A stretch of 64,000 nucleotides of DNA, taken from the NCBI GenBank assembly GCA_965219995.1, contig CBDCOX010000002.1, positions 992,001-1,056,000 on the forward strand. Direction: 5' to 3'. This DNA is from Candidatus Latescibacterota bacterium. Lineage in GTDB: Bacteria; Latescibacterota; UBA2968; GCA-2709665. Below are positions 57,071 to 64,000 of the stretch, in pieces (position 1 is the first letter of the stretch; the number at the start of each line of letters is the position of its first letter). The position numbers and the translations under genes are program-made. The notes below the pieces were generated by a model. It saw only the letters and a program-made list of their open reading frames with translations, had not been told where the DNA came from and searched no databases.

Positions 57071-59314
57071 CTACCCCCATCCCAGCGCCATTGCGCCCTG
57101 ATAGGCCGCAAGCGCGCCGAAATAGGCCAATATCGTCATATAGGCGAACGCCAGCGTCGTCCATCCCCAGGACCGTGTCTCCCGGCGGATGACTGCCAGC
57201 GTCGATGCGCACTGCGCACAAAGCGCGAAAAACACCATCACTGACAGCGCTACAGGGATATTGAACACACGGCGTCCATCCTCCCAGGTCGCATTGCGAA
57301 GCGCGCCGCGCAGGTCTTCGGAGGATTCGTCCACATCGCCGCTCAAACTGTAGATGGTACCAAGCGTGGCGATGATGACCTCCCGCGCAGGGAAAGATGC
57401 GAGTGTGGCCATCCCGATGCGCCAGTCCCAACCCAGGGGCCGGACCGCAGGTTCTATCCAGTGGCCGGCCCGGCCCAGATAACTCTCATTCAGGAGGTCG
57501 GCGGCCATGCGTGCGTCCAGGTCCGAAAGCGTTTGCTGCAGCTGCTCGCCCGAAAGCGTTGCCGTCGCCGTCTGCCGGCGGCGTTCGTACTCTGCAACCG
57601 TGTCCGCCGACCTGGGGAAATACGCCAGCGCCCACATCACGACGGTCGCGGCCAGGATGATACTGCCCGCCCGCACAAGGAACGCTCTCGAGCTGTGATA
57701 GACCCTGAGGCCTACCGTTCGTTTGTCCGGGACTTTGTAAGAAGGGAACTCCAGAATAAAAGGCGGCGTTTCGCCTCTCAATAGCGTTTTCTTCAGAATC
57801 CAGGCGACGGGTGCTGCCGCCGCCACACCCACGCAATACATGGCAAAAAGGGTCAACCCCTGCAGACCGACCCAGTCCCCCAGGACCGCCTTCGCCGGGA
57901 TAAATGCACCGATAAGGATGGTGTAAACCGGCAGTCGGGCCGAACAACTCATCAGCGGCGCCACCAGGATGGTTACCAGCCGGGTCCGACGATCTTCGAT
58001 GGATCGAGTCGCCATAATGCCCGGTACGGCGCACGCAAAGCTGGACAACATCGGGATGAAGGACTGACCCGAAAGCCCGCACTTTGTAAGGATCCTGTCC
58101 ATTAGCAGGGCCGCACGTGCCATATAGCCGCAATCTTCCAGAATGGCAATAAAGAAAAAAAGGATGGCGATCTGCGGCAGAAAAATGACGACACCGCCCA
58201 CGCCCGCAATGACACCGTCCTGTATAAGGCTCTTCAGTGCCCCTTCCGGAAACCACGCGCCGACCCATCCGGACAACCAGGCAAACAGACCGTCGACCGA
58301 GTCCATCAGAGGCCCGGACCACGCGTAGATGGCCTGAAATACGACGCCCATTATGGCGACGAACAGGAGCGTTCCCATTAGCCTGTGAGTCAGCACGCGG
58401 TCGATGCGGTCCGAAGGCGTCCTTTGAAGGTACCGGGGCTTCGATTCGCTTTGGGCAAGCACATGCTTGATCCAATTATAGCGAACCTCCGATTCCAGAA
58501 CGGATAACGCTGAATCCGTCGAAAACCGGCCCCGGGCTGTAGCGAGCTCTCCCCGGACGACATCCCCGTACGCTTCGATCAGCCGGCGCTCCGCGTAACC
58601 GCCTTCGTCGACGATCGCCCGCAAAGCCTCCGCGCGGCAGGAGGACACACTCTGTCCATTGGTTGATCGCAGGACATCCGCAAGACGGTCGACGGCCACG
58701 GGGAATCCCTCCGGGAATCCCTCCGGGAATCCCGCCAGAAGCGGAGATCCCCCGGGACGTCCATTGAACAGCACCCGTCCCAGTTCGCGGCGCAGGTCGC
58801 CCAGCCCCCGGTTACGGTTTGCACAAACCGCGACCACCGGTACTCCCAGGCACCGGGAAAGTCCGTCGACGTCGATTCGTATGCCCCGGGCATCCGCCAC
58901 ATCCATCATATTCAGTACGACGAGTGTGGGCAGGCCGAGTTCGAGCACCTGCGAGACCAGGTAGAGATTCCGATAGAGATTGGATGCGTCTACAATGGCC
59001 AGAACCGCGTCCACCTTAGGCTCGCCGGGCAGACGTCCGAGCAGCACGTCGGCGACGATCATCTCATCCGGCGCGTGAGCGGCCAGACTGTACGTCCCCG
59101 GCAGGTCGACGAGATCCACGGTTCTGTCATCGGACAGCCTGAGCCGCCCGGACTTACGCTCGACCGTTACGCCGGGATAGTTACCCACATGTTGAAAAAG
59201 ACCGGTAAGACCGTTGAAAAGTGTGGTCTTACCGGTATTGGGATTGCCCACGAGAGCGATCGTATGGCGTTGATCTGTCCCGGTGTGCGGTCCGCCGGAC
59301 AACACCCTGGCCAT
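57071..59314 (-). CDS. feoB: ferrous iron transport protein B (full length)
   Basis: GNPNTGKT, GNYPGVT, DLPG, NMMD, LEDCGYMAR, FACAVP, MSCSARLP, AQC. Confidence 0.95.
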   Translation of the reverse strand: MARVLSGGPHTGTDQRHTIALVGNPNTGKTTLFNGLTGLFQHVGNYPGVTVERKSGRLRLSDDRTVDLVDLPGTYSLAAHAPDEMIVADVLLGRLPGEPKVDAVLAIVDASNLYRNLYLVSQVLELGLPTLVVLNMMDVADARGIRIDVDGLSRCLGVPVVAVCANRNRGLGDLRRELGRVLFNGRPGGSPLLAGFPEGFPEGFPVAVDRLADVLRSTNGQSVSSCRAEALRAIVDEGGYAERRLIEAYGDVVRGELATARGRFSTDSALSVLESEVRYNWIKHVLAQSESKPRYLQRTPSDRIDRVLTHRLMGTLLFVAIMGVVFQAIYAWSGPLMDSVDGLFAWLSGWVGAWFPEGALKSLIQDGVIAGVGGVVIFLPQIAILFFFIAILEDCGYMARAALLMDRILTKCGLSGQSFIPMLSSFACAVPGIMATRSIEDRRTRLVTILVAPLMSCSARLPVYTILIGAFIPAKAVLGDWVGLQGLTLFAMYCVGVAAAAPVAWILKKTLLRGETPPFILEFPSYKVPDKRTVGLRVYHSSRAFLVRAGSIILAATVVMWALAYFPRSADTVAEYERRRQTATATLSGEQLQQTLSDLDARMAADLLNESYLGRAGHWIEPAVRPLGWDWRIGMATLASFPAREVIIATLGTIYSLSGDVDESSEDLRGALRNATWEDGRRVFNIPVALSVMVFFALCAQCASTLAVIRRETRSWGWTTLAFAYMTILAYFGALAAYQGAMALGWG
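58701..58733. repeat. in-frame 12-bp tandem repeat within feoB
   Basis: GGGAATCCCTCC x2.75, encoding GFPEGFPEGFP. Confidence 0.85.
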
Positions 59315-59324
59315 GCGTTAAACC

Positions 59325-59627
59325 TCAAGAGATCGGACTGAGCCTCACGGCCGTCGCATCGTGCATCCGCAAACAGAACCGGGCGTCTTCCACCTGCACG
59401 ACCAGCCTGCCGCCGGCTCGAAGCATGCGTACGCGTACTCCCGGGCGAACACCCAGTTCACGCAACCGGGAAGCAAGGGGTGTATTCCCTACAACCGACT
59501 CGACCGTGCCTTCGTCGCCCACGTTCAGTCCGGCAAGCGAGCCGCGGAACAACCGCCGGTACCGGTTCTTTCGATCGGGCCGGAGCCGGCCGCCGCGAGC
59601 AGCCAGTTGCATCAGTCGCGCCACCAT
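59325..59627 (-). CDS. feoA: FeoA-family protein
   Basis: RLRELGVRPG motif immediately upstream of feoB; start uncertain. Confidence 0.82.
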   Translation of the reverse strand: MVARLMQLAARGGRLRPDRKNRYRRLFRGSLAGLNVGDEGTVESVVGNTPLASRLRELGVRPGVRVRMLRAGGRLVVQVEDARFCLRMHDATAVRLSPIS

Positions 59628-59658
59628 TGCGCCATCCTTTTTCTGTCGTGTCGTCGGA

Positions 59659-60189
59659 TTAACTCTCAGAACCGATTCTGAGCAGACACTCATCCTCGCA
59701 GATCGGACAATCGGCCTCGTCGTGGCAGAATTCTCCGGTCTGCCAGAACGCGTTCAGAAACTCCCGCGCTTCAGGCGTTTCCGCAAGCAGGAATCTCACA
59801 AAATTCAACAATTTCTCGCTGGTTTCCTCGCTCAACAGGTGCTCAACCTTGCACGCGTCCACTTCCGACTGATGGCTTTCGACCTGCAGCACGTCCTTCA
59901 GAAACTTGCGGACGATGGCGCGCTTGGCGAGTACCAGGTCGACCAGCCGCTCTCCCCTTTCGGAAAGCCGCAGGAATTTGTTCTCGTCTTCCTGCACGAA
60001 CCCCTTCTGTCGGAGCGCTTTCAACGTAAGTGACGCGCTGCCCCTCGTGATATCCAGATATCTTGCGACGTCGGACACACGCGCGTATCCATACCGGTCT
60101 TTCAGCTCTCTGATGGCGGCAAGGTGATGAGCGACACTGTGCGTGATCTCATTCTCCTCGAACGCTTTCCATACATCGGAAGATGCCAT
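59659..60189 (-). CDS. DtxR-family metalloregulator with Cys-rich C-terminal tail
   Basis: ARVSDVA wHTH, DACKVEH metal site, tail C-x5-C-x2-C-x3-C. Confidence 0.85.
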   Translation of the reverse strand: MASSDVWKAFEENEITHSVAHHLAAIRELKDRYGYARVSDVARYLDITRGSASLTLKALRQKGFVQEDENKFLRLSERGERLVDLVLAKRAIVRKFLKDVLQVESHQSEVDACKVEHLLSEETSEKLLNFVRFLLAETPEAREFLNAFWQTGEFCHDEADCPICEDECLLRIGSES

Positions 60190-60230
60190 CCGGCCCCCCT
60201 TTCCGCCGCCAGGCGCCTGAACCAGCCAGT

Positions 60231-60287
60231 TGTTTTGCGCATAAAACACTCGTTATAAATTTATACAACATACAGGTCGAAAGTCAA
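60231..60287 (-). promoter_or_regulatory. promoter region and candidate operator of the second feo operon
   Basis: TTGACT -35 followed by an AT-rich TATAAATTTATA -10 region; downstream imperfect palindrome TGTTTT-GCGCAT-AAAACA (60231-60248). Confidence 0.55.
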
Positions 60288-60406
60288 GAGAATTCTATTG
60301 GGAATCCAGGGTCGGTGGCGACGCGCTTGACTTTTCCATCCCGTTTTCGTATACCTCACGGACCGGGCGATCCACGCCCCCAGGATTCGCCTCATGGAGC
60401 CTGTCT

Positions 60407-63109
60407 ATGACGGAAATTATTGATTTCAAAGATGTTGCGAGACTCCCACGGCCCGGTGACAACGTCGCCATCGCGACGCGGTTTCTGCACGCGGGCACTG
60501 GTATCCGCACCCGGGGTTCGGTACTTCGACTGGATTCCGACATGCTGGAGGGTCACCGCTTCGCCGTCGCCCCCATTTCCGGCGGTGAATTCCTTCTTTC
60601 CTGGAATCTTCCCTTTGGCGTCGCGCTGCGGGACATTTCACCGGGCGCCTATGTCTGTAACGCCGGGATGCTGGATGCACTCCGGCTCCGCAACGTAGAG
60701 TTTCAACTGCCGGCCGTACCCAATTTCGAAGACCGCATCGAACCCTACCTGCTTGAGGAGGATTCATTCCACTCCGGCGACCAGGTTCCGCGGGCCGGCG
60801 ACCTCCGTACCTTCGAGGGGTACGTCAGAGGCGCCGCGCGCGGCGTGGGCACCCGAAACTACATCCTGATCATGGGCACGACCTCGCGCACCGGGGCATT
60901 CGTAAAACGGCTCGAGGAACGACTCGGCGGGCTGGCCGATGCCTTTCCGGACATCGACGGGATTGTCGCCGTTTCCCACACCGAAGGAGGCGGGCGAACC
61001 GCACCGAATAATCTGGAGCTTCTGCTGAGAACGCTTTCGGGCTTTATGGTTCACCCGAACATCGGCGCCGCCCTGGCCGTGGATTACGGAACGGAGCCGC
61101 TGACCAATGCCATGCTCCGCGCCTACATGGACAGGAACAATACTCCCCTGTCCGACGTCCCCCACTGCTTTCTTACCCTGCGTGGCGGCTTTGAAGCGAA
61201 TCTGGATCGGGCCCGGGACGTCGTCGCGGGATGGCTGGAGGGCGTGAACCGGACGACCCGGAGGCCGACTCCCGTGGCGGGCCTGAAGATCGCGCTTCAA
61301 TGCGGGGGATCCGACGCCTTCTCCGGCGTTTCGGGAAATCCGCTGGCATCGTGGGCGGCCCGTGAGATCATCCGTCGCGGCGGCGCCGCAAACCTGGCGG
61401 AAACGGATGAACTGATCGGCGCTGAGCCCTACGTGCTGCAGAATGTCAGGGACCTGGACACCGCCCGCCGCTTTCTCGGCCGGGTCGAAGCCTATAAGGA
61501 GCTCGCGGCCTTTCATGGCACGAGCGCCGAAGGCAACCCCTCCGGCGGCAATAAGTTCCGCGGAATCTACAACATCGTGCTCAAATCCATCGGCGCCGCC
61601 ATGAAACGCCACCCGGAGGTCCGCCTCGACGGTGTTCTGGACTACAGCGCGCCCATGCGCGAGCCCGGGTTCTACTTCATGGACAGCCCGGGAAACGACC
61701 TCGAAAGCATTGCCGGCCAGGTCGCATCGGGATGCAACCTCATCTATTTTATTACCGGAAACGGCTCAATTACCAATTTTCCGTTCGTCCCGACCCTGAA
61801 GATCATTACAACCACCGGGCGCTACGAACTCCTCGCAAATGAAATGGACGTCAACGCGGGCGCCTATCTGGACGGGACCCCCATGGACGCGCTGGGGGCG
61901 CAGATGACGGACCTTACGCTTGACGTCGCCTCGGGCGAGCGGAGCAAAGGGGAACGGGCGGGCCACGCCCAGGTATCCATCTGGCGCAACTGGCGCCAGA
62001 CCGACGGCACCCGACTCGAGATTCTCCGGTCGGTCCCGCAGCCGACCGGGAAACCCATTGCCATTGACACGGAACACCCTGCATTGTCCGGCTCGTTCCG
62101 GGGCATCGCTACGGCCGCGGGGACCGCCGCGGATCAGATCGGACTGATCCTGCCGACCAGCCTTTGCGCGGGACAGGTCGCCAGGATGGCCGCAGCGGGG
62201 CTCGACCGGAAGCAGATCGGGAAAGACCGTGGCATTACCAGGTACGTCGCGCTCGTTCACACGGAGGGATGCGGCGTCGCGGGCGACGCGACCGAGAGGA
62301 TGTATTCGCGAACCATGCTTGGCTATCTCACGCACCCGCTGGTAAAACACGCGCTCCTCCTGGAGCACGGCTGTGAAAAAACCCATAACGACTATCTTCG
62401 ACACGAGCTTGAACGCGGCGGCATCGACCCCAACCGTTTTGGCTGGTCGAGCATACAGCTTGACGGCGGACTCGAGTGTGCGTTGCGCAATGTAGAATCC
62501 TGGTTCGCGAAACAGGCGGCCGGCGGCCGCCCGCCCGTCTACGAACAGTTCGGCCCGGAGGCACTGTCGGTGGGCATCCTGAGCGACGGCGAGGTCAACG
62601 AAGCAGCCGCGGCGTCGATGGCGATCCTGGTGTGTCGTCTGGCGCGGGCCGGCGCAACCGTCGTGACGCCGGACAACTCGGCGCTGCTCCGTGCCGCTCC
62701 CTTTGCCGATATGATTCCGGGAAACACGGTGCGGCGTCCGTCGCTCGGATACGGACAAGCCGCCGTGGGACCGGGATTTTTCATCATGGAGACACAGACG
62801 GACCACTGGGTCGAGACGCTTACGGGGTTGGGCGGAACGGGCGTGGAAATCCTGATCGCGCACGTCTCCGAACACCCCGTTCAGGGGCACCCGATGCTGC
62901 CGTTGCTTCAGACGAGTGCGGAGCCGTCGATGCAGCCGCTCTATGCCAGTGATCTCGACCTGCTGCTGTCCGCCAACCCGGCGCAGAACGTCGAACGGAT
63001 CGCCGGCCTGTTGATGGAAACCGCGTCGCGGAACTACAGGCCGGTGGCGATGCGGCAGAGCAATACGGACTTTCAGTTTACGCGAGGGCTGCTCGGCGTC
63101 TCCATGTGA
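60407..63109 (+). CDS. UxaA/GarD-family (altronate/galactarate) dehydratase with internal duplication
   Basis: SAF domain (DNVAIA, GHRFA, PFG), GVGTRNY, QCGGSD, GNPSGGNK, KSIGA, MDSPGND; second partial core follows. Confidence 0.85.
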   Translation: MTEIIDFKDVARLPRPGDNVAIATRFLHAGTGIRTRGSVLRLDSDMLEGHRFAVAPISGGEFLLSWNLPFGVALRDISPGAYVCNAGMLDALRLRNVEFQLPAVPNFEDRIEPYLLEEDSFHSGDQVPRAGDLRTFEGYVRGAARGVGTRNYILIMGTTSRTGAFVKRLEERLGGLADAFPDIDGIVAVSHTEGGGRTAPNNLELLLRTLSGFMVHPNIGAALAVDYGTEPLTNAMLRAYMDRNNTPLSDVPHCFLTLRGGFEANLDRARDVVAGWLEGVNRTTRRPTPVAGLKIALQCGGSDAFSGVSGNPLASWAAREIIRRGGAANLAETDELIGAEPYVLQNVRDLDTARRFLGRVEAYKELAAFHGTSAEGNPSGGNKFRGIYNIVLKSIGAAMKRHPEVRLDGVLDYSAPMREPGFYFMDSPGNDLESIAGQVASGCNLIYFITGNGSITNFPFVPTLKIITTTGRYELLANEMDVNAGAYLDGTPMDALGAQMTDLTLDVASGERSKGERAGHAQVSIWRNWRQTDGTRLEILRSVPQPTGKPIAIDTEHPALSGSFRGIATAAGTAADQIGLILPTSLCAGQVARMAAAGLDRKQIGKDRGITRYVALVHTEGCGVAGDATERMYSRTMLGYLTHPLVKHALLLEHGCEKTHNDYLRHELERGGIDPNRFGWSSIQLDGGLECALRNVESWFAKQAAGGRPPVYEQFGPEALSVGILSDGEVNEAAAASMAILVCRLARAGATVVTPDNSALLRAAPFADMIPGNTVRRPSLGYGQAAVGPGFFIMETQTDHWVETLTGLGGTGVEILIAHVSEHPVQGHPMLPLLQTSAEPSMQPLYASDLDLLLSANPAQNVERIAGLLMETASRNYRPVAMRQSNTDFQFTRGLLGVSM

Positions 63110-63184
63110 CCAAAAGGCGAAACGGGCGTCGTGATGTCCAGGGGAACGCCCGTTTCGCCGGCAGTTTCGCTGCAATGCGGTGCT

Positions 63185-63475
63185 CTATTCGCCCGATGCA
63201 ATCCAGTCCTGAAGCGCCGACGCGATCTCTCTTCCCTGCTTCAGACTCGAAATATTGAATTTGCTGCGAGGCAGATACACCCCGTCTCTCTTCTGGTATC
63301 GTCGAATCGTCACTTTCGCGGGCCCGTATTCGCCGGATTGCCGGTTCAGGTCCTGGTACAGGAACATTACCGTCGCCCACGCACCGCGCGAAAGCACATG
63401 TTTGTCCAGTTCCCTGCAGAGCAGAACACCGCCTTCTTCGTAGTTGACGCTCAATTCGTCCACCGATTCCGCCAT
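63185..63475 (-). CDS. small hypothetical protein (beta-meander plus helix, possibly PC4-like)
   Basis: AAGGAGG RBS; compact globular composition; fold guess only. Confidence 0.6.
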   Translation of the reverse strand: MAESVDELSVNYEEGGVLLCRELDKHVLSRGAWATVMFLYQDLNRQSGEYGPAKVTIRRYQKRDGVYLPRSKFNISSLKQGREIASALQDWIASGE

Positions 63476-63612
63476 CGACTCGCCTCCTTTCGGACCGTCT
63501 TGATTCAGCGATCGGCCTGCGGCCCCTTCCACCGTCATACCGTACAGACTCAGGGGTTGTGCATCCTTTCTGCCGGTCGCTGGGAGTCTGTTTCATTCAG
63601 AGGACCGCACCG

Positions 63613-64000
63613 ATGAGACTCGGCATTGTCGGAATGCTGCCCGGAGACCCCCGGTGTTTTACGGAGAGACACTTCGAGAAAATCAGGAAACTGGGTTTCA
63701 CGGGCGCAGGGTTCCACCTGCCGGGTGAGCTGGTGAACACAATTTCCGCCAAAGACTGCGCCGGCTGCAAGCAGCTGTTCGCGGACCACGATATCGATCT
63801 CGCGCAATTCGCCGTCACCTATCGTGACTGTCTGTTCGACCCGGACCCCGACCTCCGGGCCCAAGCCGTATCGAAGGTGGCCCGCGGGGCCACGCTTGCC
63901 GCGCGACTCGGCGCTTTATGCTACCTGATAAGGCCGGGCAGCCGAAACCCGGCGGGCCCGTGGACGCCTCATCGTGAGAACCACACGCCTGAAGCGTACA
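63613..64000 (+). CDS. sugar phosphate isomerase/epimerase family protein, 5' part (runs off window edge)
   Basis: Not in ORF track. MRLGIVGMLP...LGFTG...DPDPDLRAQA...AARLGA...RPGS is an open TIM-barrel N-terminus after an AGAGGA RBS. Confidence 0.75.
   Translation, partial: MRLGIVGMLPGDPRCFTERHFEKIRKLGFTGAGFHLPGELVNTISAKDCAGCKQLFADHDIDLAQFAVTYRDCLFDPDPDLRAQAVSKVARGATLAARLGALCYLIRPGSRNPAGPWTPHRENHTPEAY

Noticed and set aside
1-64000. CRISPR array, retron/DGR reverse transcriptase, rRNA
   Set aside because: No regularly spaced direct repeats, RT motifs or rRNA-like sequence seen by eye.

Overview
High-GC bacterial chromosomal window, densely coding and mostly on the minus strand. The C-terminal dockerin/EF-hand module on a secreted protease, the FG-GAP proteins, HprK and the many carbohydrate/sulfate-ester enzymes suggest a diderm of the Latescibacterota/FCB neighbourhood (inference). 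From left to right it holds: the 5' end of a molybdo-flavoprotein FAD subunit, an RsmC-like methyltransferase, a Phd-VapC toxin-antitoxin pair with a palindromic operator, an ABC exporter, a rhodanese, a beta-propeller protein, lexA, a CBM9-like secreted protein and two tRNA-Pro flanking DUF368. Next is an mlaEFD operon extended by two paralogous FG-GAP proteins (one fused to a 4xCxxCH multiheme domain) and an AI-2E transporter, then hup, an uncalled 29-aa bS22-like protein, tRNA-Arg, a sigma-70 factor and a heterodimeric ABC exporter. A long sugar-acid/sulfatase block follows, then PPK2, aspartokinase, HprK, two antiporter-like proteins, a lipoprotein/beta-barrel pair, map, a 163-bp MITE and a secreted metalloprotease. 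The right end has an ~11-kb metal-uptake region (two Feo systems, one with split FeoB, and three different DtxR-family regulators) and an internally duplicated UxaA-family dehydratase. No CRISPR array, prophage or intact transposase was seen. Best candidates for undescribed biology: the MCE + propeller-multiheme operon, the dual-Feo/triple-DtxR circuit and the complementary-degenerate UxaA. All product calls come from motif recognition by eye, not database searches, and several start codons were re-chosen from RBS context.
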